Shown here: one piece after another, positions 28,875 through 42,066 of the stretch | Numbering within the stretch: position 1 is the first letter of the stretch | Layout: every line of letters begins with the position of its first letter | Source of the DNA: Ruditapes philippinarum | Taxonomy: Eukaryota | DNA: 64,000 nt | Assembly (NCBI RefSeq): GCF_026571515.1 | Contig: NW_026862875.1 | Coordinates: 248,001-312,000 of the forward strand | Reading direction: 5' to 3' | The notes under the pieces: model-generated | Database searches by the model: none | The model's input: only the letters and a program-made list of their open reading frames with translations | Told to the model about the DNA's origin: nothing | Made by a program: the position numbers and the translations under genes

Positions 28875-30518
28875 GGCGACTTGAACAACATCCCTGTAAC
28901 CTTCTCGACTTAGAAACTGCTTCGGGGATTTTAAATGTTTCAACTTTAGAAATGAAATACTTTTAACGAAATGTTGTTTTACAAAAGATAACAATTAAGT
29001 AATATGTGTTATTTACTATTTCATTATATGTTGTATGAACATATATATAAATTCACTTAAATTTGCTTGAAGTTTTTTCTTATATGAATTATTAAAGTCT
29101 GTTTTCATTCATTTGTCTCTCTAAAGAAAGATGTTGTCCTTGTATACATTATGTATGTATAAAAAAACATATTAACACTTTTCTCCTATTTTATTGACAA
29201 AAATATCATAAGTATGTGTACTTTTTATATTTTTTATTAGTTTATTATTCGTTATTTCACAAATGTACTTACTATCACAGATTAAATGTCTATTTTGCCC
29301 ATTTTTGCCAGGTGTCACGGATCTTAATATTTCTTTTATGCAAAATCGTTGCAAAACGCATTGTAATGTTAAAGTCTACCCGTTAAGAGTTTGAAATTTA
29401 TATTTTCATAATCATACTAAAAGTTTAACCTGACCTTGTTTATATATATATGATTTACTGAGAACCGATTCCTTTGCCGATCCTGTATTGTCACTGTCTT
29501 TTGCATCAATTACCCGTCGCTTCTGACTGTTCGAGACATACTAGAGACGGTTTGATTTGTTTTCTATAACTTGGGTTTTTTAAATGGTTCTACCAAAGTG
29601 TCCGCCATCGGGTAAAATAATGATCGCAGGTGCGACACTTTGAGTGAATAGTCCTTCATACGGCTGAAATATTGTCATGTGTCCTTACACGGTCATAGGA
29701 TTTTCTTTATATTTTTTCTTTATATTTTATTTCAGAGTTAGCATAAAAATATACACTAGAGTAATTAATAGCTTGACTGAGAAACTTCTGTAAAACTGAA
29801 AATATATCCCATTTTTTGTCAAAAATAGCTGCATAAGTAGAGAGACTGTCTGATTTTAAACTGGTCTTAAAATATCCATTAACAAATGTTTCCCAACCAA
29901 ATACAATACAGAGTATACAGAGAAAAGTTTCAGGTTTCAACACTTAAAAACATGATTTTTGTTCCGTCAAAACTCTTTACTGCAGCCATTCTTAAATTGA
30001 AAAGAAACAACAACAAAAACAAAAACAAAAATAAGTGTAAAAACTGTTTAACGCAACTAAATTTAATTAAAATATTGTTACATTATACTAGTTGTCAATG
30101 TCACTGTGTAAAGGGAGGCAACTCCTACAGACTGGGAGACAGTTCTGTCACAAAGAGTTATCGAATTTGGTCGAGGAGAGATTTATGAACAAGCCACGAG
30201 CTTCTGTCATTACAGTACATTATATAAAATACGAGTTTATTTCGTGGGTTTCTCGCGTGAAACACATTATTTTTTCATATAAGATATCAGCGTCACTTTA
30301 ATTATTTACCTGACTACGTAAACGATTTTAATCATATGTGAGTAGACACCGAGGTAAAGAAATATACTTGTACATTGTTCATATTAATCATTTCACAACT
30401 CTCTCAATAATAAATATGTTTAACATATCCTAAATGGCCGTCATAAATTCTCAAATGTTTTTATCGTGGTCTTGCTTAAACCAAGACGCGTTATTCTTAA
30501 CACATCGCAGCAAGAGGC

Positions 30519-30582
30519 ATGTTCAAATTAAGTTTTATTTTCTTGACATTGGGATTATTAACAGTTTCGTTTGCAGCTAAAG
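30519..30582 (+). CDS. Secreted LDLa-mucin-chitin-binding protein A, exon 1 (signal peptide)
   Basis: ATG MFKLSFIFLTLGLLTVSFAAK: basic N-region, hydrophobic core and S-F-A cleavage-type motif. Phase-1 donor G|GTAAAA joins in frame to the exon at 38760. Not in the ORF track. Confidence 0.7.
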
Positions 30583-31020
30583 GTAAAATAGTTTATTTTC
30601 GTTTTCTTGTCCTTATACTTTCTGTAAATAACTCTGTATACTGGTATACATGAAAGTCTGACATCGTTTTCCTATAATTATGAAAACATCTGTTTTATTT
30701 TATGATAAATTTATTTTCATCTCTGGTTTTCATTTAGAATTATATTTGCACATTTTTTGCCATTGTAACTTAATACAATACTAAGACTTAAATGCGGTCA
30801 TTTTCTTTTATTAAGACAACATTACCAATGTGCATTGAGACAAAATTTGGGCAAATAACGCCCAACATTCATTTTGTTATTAAAAAGGTCTCAAGATAAT
30901 AAAATATGCGCTCTTTACTCTAACTTGACCGATACAAGACTTAATAATGTGAGAAACTGAATAAAAGTTCCATACTATGCTCAATCCTTACGTAAAATGT
31001 AGTAATCTCAGAAATTTACT

Positions 31021-33964
31021 CACGGGGGAGGAAGTGTTACACGAAGGATGGAGTTCTTATGATAACTTGTTTGGAGTTCTTATGATAACTGGTACGGAGT
31101 TCCTGGAAAATGTTACGGATTTCTGTGGAAAACTTTTCTATATACTTGGAGAACTTGCCTAAAAAATGGTTATTTTTAACTTTAAATGGGGAGTTTGAGG
31201 TGCTTAATTAAACTTTGATAATTAAGCTTGCCCTACATATTGTATTTTGTTTCAGAAAAAATCTTTTAGTCTATATTTTGTCGCCTTTTTTAAAAAAATC
31301 TGCATGTTTTGAGAAAAATTACCAAATTACTTGCTAATTCGTACATATTGACCTTTTCATTTGTGATCTTCTTCGTTGCTATACTTAATTACCTAATTAT
31401 TATGGAGAGTTGCAAACATAAAGCCCGGGCTAATAAATTTATACCCGAATTTTCAAATGTTACGGAGTTCTTGCGATAACTCAAAATATGTCCTGGAGTT
31501 CTTATGATAACTTTTGTTACTGCCAGTGTGTTTTTGTGCTTAATCACGGCGCGTTTAAGCGTATTTTATTAGACAATAAGTGTGTAAATCATTATGAAGC
31601 ATAGTACGCTTATCATTTGCACAAAAATTTGGTTATATAACGTTGGTTTTGATCGTGTTTTTCAGTTCAAGAGATATTTTTCTTACCTCCGTTTCTTGTG
31701 TTTTTTGTGTTTGTTTTGGTCTTTTTGTGTGTGTGTTTTTTATATTTTATTGGAATGACTGTAAACATACTTGATGTAGAGCATTTACTTACAGGATAAA
31801 AATACGCTTTGAATCATGATTTCGTCATATATACATTATTCCTGGCAGTTTTAGAGAACATTAAGTAACTATGCTATCGGTATGCATGTAAATGGTTTTC
31901 AGCAAAATAGGAGGTAGTATGCACTACCTTTATCTAAATTTAATGAGGTGGGTGTCGTCTTTATGCACGTTTCATTTATGTGCTGATTTGTCATGTGCAC
32001 GTTTTTCATGTACTGCAAATTCACAATAAACTACAAAAAATCGACATATCTTGCCTCGCCCATCACATCGACATATTTTTTCGGGCTGAAATGAACCTAT
32101 GGCTTGATTATATATGCATCACACATATTTAATATGTTCATATACATATCATCTTCGGACAAATGGCAGTATATTGTCAAAAATAAATGGAAAATTCATA
32201 AAAACACCCTACTTTCGGTTTTGCAGCGGCACGGGCTACCTCTCTTCATTTGAATTTTCATATCACAGGTACCCTCTCATTTTTTAACACATAGGTACCC
32301 TCAAAGCACGACATATACTTTTATGTGTTAATCGCTAAGTATGTAATATTTACATATAAGTAAGAAATATTACATACATACTTAACGATTAACGCAAATA
32401 AAAGCATATGTCGTGCTTTGAGGGTACCTATGTGTTCAAAAATGAGAGGGTACCTGTGATATAAAAATTCAAATGAAGAGAGGTAGCCTGTGCCGCTGCA
32501 AAACCGAAAGTAGGGTGTTTTTATGAATTTTCCATTTATTTTTGACAATATACTGCCATTTGTCCGAAGATGATATGTATATGAACATATTAAATATGTG
32601 TGATGCATATATAATCAAGCCATAGGTTCATTTCAGCCCGAAAAAATATGTCGATGTGATGGGCGAGGCAAGACATGTCGATTTTTTGTAGCTTATTGTG
32701 AATTTGCAGTACATGAAAAACGTGCACATGACAAATCAGCACATAAATAAAACATTCTAGTGTTCCGTGGTATACATCTTTTCTACGTGTCATACCTCCT
32801 TTCCTTATTACAATGAAATTTTACTGGATTGTTATCCATCGCTGGTTTGTTTTTAGCAGAGAATGACCTGTGCATGTTCGAAGAGGGTACCGTTTGAGCA
32901 GATTTCGCAAAGAGGGTACAGATATGGATATGAACCGTGATCATTGTCATAGAACTTTATAAGTTTCTATGACAAAAACTGATACCTTTTAGAAATTGAA
33001 ATACCCGTTGAAACATAAAGACGACACCCAACCCACCTCATTAAATTTAGATAAAGGTAGTGCATACTACCTCCTATTTTGCTGAAAACCATTTACATGC
33101 ATACCGATAGCATAGTTACTTAATGTTCTCTAAAACTGCCAGGAATAATGTATATATGACGAAATCATGATTCAAAGCGTATTTTTATCCTGTAAGTAAA
33201 TGCTCTAAATCAAGTATGTTTACAGTCATTCCAATAAAATATAAAAAAACACACACACAAAAAGACCAAAACAAACACAAAAAACACAAGAAACGGAGGT
33301 AAGAAAAATATCTCTTGAACTGAAAAACACGATCAAAACCAACGTTATATAACCAAATTTTTGTGCAAATGATAAGCGTAGTATGCTTCATAATGATTTA
33401 CACACTTATTGTCTAATAAAATACGCTTAAACGCGCCGTGATTAAGCATAAAAACACACTGGCAGTAACAAAAGTTATCATAAGAACTCCAGGACATATT
33501 TTGAGTTATCGCAAGAACTCCGTAACATTTGAAAAATCGGGTATAAATCTATTAGCCCGGGCTTTATGTTTGCAGCTCTCCATAATAATTAGGTAATTAA
33601 GTATAGCAACGAAGAAGATCACAAATGAAAAGGTCAATATGTACGAATTAGCAAGTAATTTGGTAATTTTTCTCAAAACTTGCAGATTTTTTAAAAAAAG
33701 GCGACAAAATATGGACTAAAAGATTTTTTCTTAAACAAAATACAATATGTAGGGCAAGCTTAATTATCAAAGTTTAATTTAGCACCTCAAACTCCCCATT
33801 TAAAGTTAAAAATAACCATTTTTTAGGCGAGTTCTCCAAGTATATAGAAAAGTTTTCCACAGAAATCCGTAACATTTTCCAGGAACTCCGTACCAGTTAT
33901 CATAAGAACTCCAAACAAGTTATCATAAGAACTCCATCCTTCGTGTAACACTTCCTCCCCCGTG
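31021..33964. mobile_element. ~2.9-kb palindromic (foldback) element with CACGGGGG...CCCCCGTG termini
   Basis: 31021-32351 is the reverse complement of 32365-33964, apart from scattered substitutions and a ~260-bp segment (32754-33013) present only in the right arm. 13-nt central loop. Repeated subterminal GGAGTTCTTATGATAACT motifs. No TSD and no transposase ORF. Confidence 0.9.
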
Positions 33965-34871
33965 TATAGGGATGCTGGAATAATTTCTTAGTTAAAAGGG
34001 TTTTAATATTTGATTGCATTTCATGTTTTCTTTGTCTGCGCATAGGCAGGTCTATTTTTTCACGTGTATTTCATGACCGGGTCTGTCTGACTAGAACAGA
34101 CCTGTGCACGTGCAAAAGATAGACCTCATAACGGACTTTCTTTTGTTTAAACAGGTCTATCCGAAAAATATAGACCTATCACAAACAATAGAGGAGGTGT
34201 GTAAATTTACAAAGAGACTGTAGAAAATTTTTAATATCAAATTTGGGCATATAGTATATCTTTCAGCGATTAATAACGACAGGTTTTCATATTTGCTAAC
34301 TGCTTATTAACTTTTAATTCAAGGAGTTTCAATATATTCGTTTTTTTTTTTTTTTTTTCGATTTATGGCATTGCTTGTGACAATCGATGCCCATGATATG
34401 TTTATTGCGTTGTTTTAGTTTGTTCGTTTGATATCTTTTTATTTCAAATCATAATATTTTCCAAATGTTTGAAGATATGTTTTTAAAGTGTATTGAGATA
34501 TCCGGAAAAAACGAACACTCCCGTTGCTAATGTTTCTTATTATAACCTTAGTTGTTAAAAAATGATATGAGTGTAGGACAAATGATGTGGCTTTACAGAG
34601 GCTGTACTGTAATATTAATTATTTTATAGATCAAAACAAATCTTTAAAGGATATAACAGCAATTGTTGCAAGCAGGTATTGTAGGACCTATCTATCTTGA
34701 TTCAATAATGACAGTGATGGCGATACACATTGGTACATGCCTATAGCAATGACTGTTTGGTTGTTAAAGTAACGTTCTGCTCATTTTTTGTTGTCAATTT
34801 AAGCTGAATTCTATCTAGCTTCCATTTACTCAAACCCCTGCTGGGAGTTTTCGCGTCACTAGTAAGAAGGA

Positions 34872-35338
34872 TAACAAGAACGATCAGTGATCACTTGTGT
34901 CGCCAGTTGATAGCCCATTGTTTATTGCGGCGACTGCTTAGCAGGAGACACAAAACTCATAAATAAGCCAAAACGCGTTTTATTCAAGGGCCATACCTCA
35001 GCTAAAATTCATTCAACCGGAAAACTCGTTTAATATGCGCAAGTACTTGAGGTACCAATCAGTCCTGTAAATTGTCATTTAAATTGCATAAGTAGTATCA
35101 GAGAATTAGTACAGGCAAAACTTTGAAATTTAAAATCATTGAACCGTAAGATGCATTCGATATACAAAACTAGACTTGGCACTGATCATTCCTGTAAAGT
35201 TTGTATGAAATTGCACCAGGAGTTTTTAAGGAGTAGTCCGGGCAAGTATTGTGACGGACGGCCAGACAGACGGACAGACAGACGCCTGAGAAGTGATCCC
35301 TAAATGTCGCCACAACTCTGTAGCAGGCGACACAATAA
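34872..35338 (-). mobile_element. Non-autonomous Helentron-type (HINE-like) element
   Basis: AACAAGA end, subterminal inverted repeat TGTGTCGCC/GGCGACACA and a (GACA/GACG)n microsatellite near the other end. Same layout as 42438-44216 and 58637-59965, in reverse orientation. Confidence 0.6.
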
Positions 35339-35344
35339 CAGGGG

Positions 35345-35645
35345 TTTAAAAGTGAGATAAAAGTTTAAAATAGAATAAAGCAAAACATGTGTGTATTTAG
35401 GGTGAGGCTTACAACCTTACTGAGCATTGGTCAGACAGGGGCCAACATCTGGGGGAAAGGCATTCAAATGAAAAATGGTCTTAAGGAAGAATTAGTACTT
35501 GTAGTAGACGGTAGCTGTTGGAATTTGTTTGAAAGCAAGGAAATGGGGATTTCGAGTAGGTCTAACTACTGGGGGAGATCTGGAAAGGGAGGGAGACTAG
35601 CAATATTGCTATATACAAGATTAGCTATTTTGATAGCCATTGACC
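35345..35645 (-). mobile_element. Decayed 3' end of a CR1/L2-group LINE ORF2
   Basis: Minus-strand translation of 35563-35444 gives RPTRNPHFLAFKQIPTATVYYKY*FFLKTIFHLNAFPPDV, matching the TR..H......Y+.SFFP+TI..WN.LP C-terminal motif of these LINEs. Contains an in-frame stop. Confidence 0.65.
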
Positions 35646-36279
35646 AATACTTAATAATGGAAAATGTTTATCATTAGATATTAAAACTGCCTTAAATATA
35701 AAAAGACTGCCACAATAGTTTTATCAATTGTTATTTCCAATATCTTTCGAAGGATATTTACAGAATTTCACATTTTCACCAGTCCTAATTAAACATGTGA
35801 AGAAGAATAGTAAATTGGAAATGATTATGGTATAATGTAATGTAATTTTGCCTCTTACCTGTACACTCACCATTAAGCCTTGGATGAGCATAATGCCACT
35901 TTAACATTTACGTATAACTTACTTATGAAAATTGTGTATCAATATAATTAAATAGATCATGAGCAATTATAAATGGCGTCAAAACTGATAATAATACATG
36001 TATAATAATGTATGGAAAATATTATGAAAAAAATGCAAAAGATTAATACAAATACAGACTTTTTCTGTTTTCTACACATATGTCAGTCGATAACATGACA
36101 TATTTATGGCAAAACGCGCCGTTTAAGATTCATGTTTAAGCTATTTATTTTGTTTGTATTCATTTTTTCACCTTGGTGGAGCAAAATGTTGAAATACGAA
36201 GACATGACATTTGTGCCTTGTTGTACTTTCGTGATTTCAACCTGTAGGATTTTTTGCCTCTTTACACCATTATTATGTA

Positions 36280-37831
36280 ATAGTTACCGTACGAGGAATA
36301 GGTCTGCATAGTATTTACAGACCCGGGTGGCGATTTGAAGACCGAGAGAGCGTAGCGATCGAGGTTTTTAAAAGGCCACCGGGTCTGTAAATACTATGCA
36401 GACCTATTCCGAGTGCGGTAACTATCTTACCTACATGCTCTTTTGTTTTTCTATCCATACATCAGTTTTTAGCTCAGTATTTATCAATATTACTCACAAG
36501 AAACATAATTATTACTTATGTACTTTATCATGTTTAAGAAAGCATTCCAAAGCCAAGCAAAGATACCATCCGCTACGCTCTTGTAATTCATTCGTTCACA
36601 AATCAGGTGTTATTTGAATATTCTCGTGATTTTCGTGGGGTTTCATTAGGTAATGTACTTGTTGAGTTGAGTCACAGAAAATGAAAACAGAACTTGTCGA
36701 GTAGGGAAAGGTAAGATCATTATTTTGATATGTGAATACATAACATATTAATAATATAAACACATACTGAGGAAGATAAAAATGTTTTCTAATCATAAAA
36801 ACGGAACACTTTATCTTTATATATAATCATGGTAAATAGATGATCAGGCTATTTCTTATATACATGTAATTAAAATATACGATTTTTTCAAAGGAAAGTA
36901 CGAGACGGGGTTCTATGAATAAATATTAGTAATACATGTAGTTACACCGTTATGTAAGTTGGGTTTTGTTGTTGTTGTTTTTTATGATGGCTGTTTTTAA
37001 ATGTTCTTAGAATTTCATCCATGTTTGGAAGAATTTTCTTTCCGTGTATTATTAATTAGCATCATCCGTTTTTAGACCGCATGTAAGCACGCGGTCTAGA
37101 ATGGAAGCGCAAGTCATATTCTTGGTACTGGTATACAAAATCCAAATTGTAATGTAAAAATAACTGGGAAAAAAAGGTCTTATACTTAAGATGAACTATA
37201 CTCTCACTGAAAGTAATATTTTGGAAAAAGGAAAGATGCAGAAGTTGACTTTGATTCGATATGCACAAATAATATAATCGTCGTATACATCCTATAATGC
37301 AGAATTGTTAAAATAATGCAGGATTGTGCAAATTCAGACATAGTTGTGGAAATAAATACCGAAAACTAGTATCTTATGAATATATATAGTTCGGCAAATG
37401 TGTTAGGTATACCGAAAAGCAAACTTTAAAGAAAGGCTTAATATGCGTTGTTATACTCATTAATATCGACGAAACACAAAACTTTAACGCCAGAACAGTA
37501 GCCAGTTCGTTTTTCTCACAAATAATCTGGAATATAAGTTATGAGGGTACTTACAGCCGTATACGCTAATTTATTTCGATTAATCTTTGAAATATATATC
37601 GACCCTTTTTCCTATTCAAAGTGGTCATTATCCCCCCCCCCATCCCCCACAATTTAGCGTTATTTTACGGTGAATATTGTGTACTGTAATGCACGAGTTT
37701 CTCGGCTTCACATAGTTTCTATTGTATAGAGAACAATAGAACAATAACCGGTCGGTATCTATTTGCAGACCTGTTAACCGGTCGGTAAGTGATTTACTAG
37801 ACCGCTTTTAACAAAGGAGCCGGTAGGTAAC
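36280..37831 (+). mobile_element. Non-autonomous hairpin-ended DNA element (Crypton-like, second family)
   Basis: 146-nt terminal hairpin at 36280-36425 with a perfect 30-bp stem GGAATAGGTCTGCATAGTATTTACAGACCC and a GAGCGTAGCGA loop. The adjacent TTACCTACATGCTCTTTT is inverted at the far end (AAAGGAGCCGGTAGGTAA, ~37812-37830). Confidence 0.55.
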
Positions 37832-38759
37832 TTTTTTTACCCTGTCACATGCGTACAAAGAAATGAAAGATGCAATACTTCATGTTGTGGGGCAAAAATG
37901 CAACGGCCGAGTAAATGAAAACACGTTATAGTCACTATTCGTTGTGTAAGATTTTTTTTAACTTTCTCCCCGCCATGTCTGAAACGCAAACTCAACAAAT
38001 TTAAGGCGAAATCAAGATACATGAAATTTGTCGTTTTGTCGCGCCATAAATCTGTCGTTTAATCGTGTTTTCATGATAATTAATAAATAGGACAATTAGC
38101 AGGAAAGCACACTTATACAACGATGAATTTATAAATCAACCATCTTACATCGAGTAACATATATATGAATAGGAAAGAAAATAGAAAAGCGAAAAACACA
38201 CAAAGCGCTAGTATTTTGTGATAACAATAGAAAATAATTCTTGGAAATCTGCTTAAAGATGTCCAGTCTAAGATAGATGTATCAATACTTAGTCCGTTCT
38301 AACATGTATAAACATCTGATATTTGTGTTATAGATAACATAGTAATATAGATAATATATTAATAAATACACTTTTATGCAAGAAAGTGACGTTGTAGGGT
38401 CTTGCAAGAAATTCTTTAGAAGCAGCTGTAAAAAGTTGCTCGTACTTCACTTGAGTGTTGGTATATTTTTCTGGTCTTTCTGGATAAAAAAAAATCCAGC
38501 ACTTTTAAGTGTTGAAAATTGAGTACCACTCACAAGCTGATGTTAGAGGACATGAGAGATGTTGCACTTTTTCATTATCCTTCATGTACAGACTACGATC
38601 AAACCAAGTCTGCAAAGTTCATGTAATTTTATTGTGATTAATGCTTCCGATGAATAACATTTTGTACAGATTTTTATATTTGACATTTCTAAGTTGTAAG
38701 GATTTAATGTACTAATATATAACAATATAATGATGCACACCGTTTCTTGATATTTCAAG

Positions 38760-38882
38760 GTACTCAGACATGTGGTGCAAACTTTTGGCAATGTGCTGAT
38801 GGATCTTGTATATTCCTGGTGGGTCGTTGCGACAACTTTCCTGACTGTGAAGACGAATCAGACGAAAAGGGATGTGCTTCAG
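38760..38882 (+). CDS. Protein A, exon 2 (LDL-receptor class A module 1)
   Basis: (G)TQTCGANFWQCADGSCIFLVGRCDNFPDCEDESDEKGCAS: six Cys plus the Ca-binding D-x3-DCxDxSDE motif. Phase 1-1 exon, 123 nt. Confidence 0.9.
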
Positions 38883-41808
38883 GTGATATAAAAATATGCT
38901 AGAATAGTTTTCTATGTTGTCATAATAGCCACTAATTCCCTTCAATAACGTCCTTTAGATATTCAAAGCAATTTTCAGCAAGAGCCTGTTTCAACCTTGC
39001 TTCAGCTTTATGATACGATGTACCAGTTTTAGGCAATAATCATGAATAAGGAATTCACTCTTTTGCAAAATTTTACTGTAAAAAGCACAAATTTGTGTCA
39101 ATATCATACCATCTTAGTCTTAATTCCTAACCACGCTAACAATGTTTTAATGGACTTGTTCATTTTTCAATCCGGACAATACCATTTATCATTTTTAGGG
39201 AAAATTTAATGTGATATTTGATGAAAACTTTTTCTTCTTTGAAACGATATTCTCTTTCTTTCATGATTTTGAAATTTTTGTAAAATTAGCGTCCTAAATT
39301 AAAACAATTTTATTGAATTTGTTGCGTTCATTTGCTTAGAGACATACGTTTCATTATTGAACTGCGAAATTTTGGTGTTTTTTTTTCTTCCTTTATTTAA
39401 ATAATTCCTTTTCATTTTTATTCTTTTTTATTTTTTTTTGGTAAAAATAACACGGTGTTAAGGTAATGTTATTAACAAACAATGAAAATGTATTTCATTA
39501 CACTACCGTTTTGCTATCAATGCAAAATTAATTTTTTCGAAATATTTATTCTGGTTTTAGAAATTAGTCAGCATGATTTTACGAACTGGTCTAAGTACAC
39601 TAAGACACTAAGATCTAAAAGCTTTGACATTAACAAAACATAGAGTATTTGAATACTCGACACGAGAACCGTGCTAAGCCGGATACATTAGCCAGATTTC
39701 ACTGTATTTTAAAGTGCATACTATCTCTGAATAGTTCGGTATGAAAAATATAACACATTTTATCTTTTTCATTCTTTTAATGTCTAGGTAAAACTTTTAT
39801 AGTTTAACCACATCTATTCATTACGGTGTGCAACATGACATTGAAATAGTTAAGAAGTAAAGGGTTAAGTTACTTGTTAACTTATTTCTAGTATAATTTA
39901 TCAAATCTGACGGAGAAAATGTTCAGTAATTTTGTTACATCACGACACAAACCGATTATTTTCATAAGAATATAAAAGGCATATTTCATACTGCCAAAAC
40001 AAGTGTAAATAATAATTTTATATAAAAGTATAAAAACTTGTTTCATTTTTGTATCAGTCTTTTGGCATATTTTTGTTTTAACAAAAATGACCAATTTTAC
40101 CAAGCCTGTTGGTTATCATTATGAACTTGTCCATTGGACAAAATCTTTTATAATTTGTAGGGAAATATTTTTAAATAAGAGCTAACTGAATGGCGAACAA
40201 TGCAGACCATGATTAGACTGCATTGAGGTGCCGTTTGATTTCCGGACTGGTCGGATTGGTACGCTAACAAGCTATGGGGTAACGGCATATTCTTAGTTTG
40301 GGGATCTTTCTGATGAAAATGTGTCAGAGTTAAATAATATACACATACATGTACAGTGCGTTAACTGGAGTGCAGGTATTAGTTAGTTGTTGATTGGCTT
40401 TGTTCTGTGGTTTAGTAATAGAAAGAGTATCGACACACGAGGCTATCTGATTTGTACGAGGGGGCATAGACCGCGAGTATAAATCAGAATGCCGAGTGTT
40501 TTGATGTTCTTTCTCTTTTGTATCATAGGCAAAAATAAAAACACGTTCCCTGTCGTCGCAATATTAAACCCCAGAAAAAAGTAACCAATGTAGGAGCTTC
40601 CAAATATGACTGTTTTTTTATCCTTTTCCCTGTCCTCGCAATAAGTAAACCCCAGAAAAATTTGCCAATAAAGGAGCATACTCTAGACAGACAGTGAGTG
40701 CAGGTTACTAAAACCTGCACTCCAGTTCACGCACTGTACATGTATTGTATACGATTTAACTCCGACACGTTTAAGTAAAGGCCCAAAACTATGATACAAC
40801 TTATTTTGACGACAGGGAAAGAGATAACGATAGAAAAGTCATATTCAGATGCTCGTTCGTTGGTTACTTTTTCTGGGGTTTATTATTGTGACGACAGGGA
40901 TCGTGTTTTATTGTACGCCTCTCGTACAATTCAGATAGTCTCGTGTTTCGATGCTCTTTCTATAACGTAAACCTCGAGAACTCAGGAACGAATATGATTT
41001 TTTTTCTTAGAAAAGGCAACCCTGTGTTATAATAATCTTATAATAGAATTAAAGCAGTTAGATACTTATTAATGAAGAAAGCAACAAGGAATGTTAGTTT
41101 GTTAAAAAACAGCAACATAAAAACAAAGTAATATTCTGTGTTCCATATTAAATATCAAATCATTATAACTAAATTTATTGCCAATTTTGCCTAAAACAAG
41201 AACGAAAAATTGCCAAAAGCCATTGAATGGCCATTAGGAAATTGCAACAGAAAAACAAAAATTAAAAGCTTTTGAAAATAAGGAAAAGCTTTTCAGAAAA
41301 AAAAACATATTTTGAGCTTAATGGGTCTTTATTATTTTTAATTTCTACACATTTAATTTCATCAGTGTTGATTGCATACTTTTTATGCACTTTATTTTAT
41401 TTAGTGCCGCATTGTAACAAAAATGTACTATATTTGTCTCTTACACAACTAGAAGTTTGGACCCATGGGAAAACAAGTGACGCGATACCCAACATAATTA
41501 TGTTTCATTAAGCCAGTTAAAGATACCTTTTTCAAACAATCGTGACGAACGCTAATCATTTAAGTCCCGGCAAGTTAAGGTTTAAATAAAGGGGAGTAAC
41601 TTAGTCGTAAGTATTACGATCACTTTATTAATAGCCATTGCCCTTGACAACTTTTACGCCCATAGCATCTAGACTTATGATCAATTCTAATACCCAAAAG
41701 GCTTTTGCTCCTATTAATCGACATCAAAACAAATTTTGACGGTTGCTTTTAATTCATATATGTTAAATAGAAACATATGTTTCTGTTACTCATTTTTTGT
41801 TACAATAC

Positions 41809-42066
41809 CACCGTAGGAAACAGTACAAGATGGAGGATTATTTGCGGGAAGACAGGTAGGTGATCGTTTTTTTGAGCCAATATAGAGATGATACTGCGTA
41901 GCAGAGTCTGAGAAAATATATACCTAGAGGACGGATCCAATTCGTTACAAGCAAAGCACAAAACATCTTTAAGAAACTAAACTACTTGTAGAGTGGACGG
42001 AAACAAAAGTCACCTACCTGTTTTCCAAATTCTATACTCTAAAGCGCGATACCGTTCCCTACGGTG
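41809..42066. mobile_element. 258-bp MITE with CAC...GTG termini, bipartite TIRs and a near-perfect 5-bp TSD (Transib/RAG-like architecture)
   Basis: Left end CACCGTAGGAAACAGTA-N21-GGAAGACAGGTAGGTGA; right end (reverse complement) CACCGTAGGGAACGGTA-N23-GGAAAACAGGTAGGTGA; flanks AATAC / AATGC. Confidence 0.65.

Noticed and set aside
32321-33391. ORFs inside the palindrome as a transposase
   Set aside because: Short, no DDE or zinc-finger motifs, and composition typical of random AT-rich DNA.
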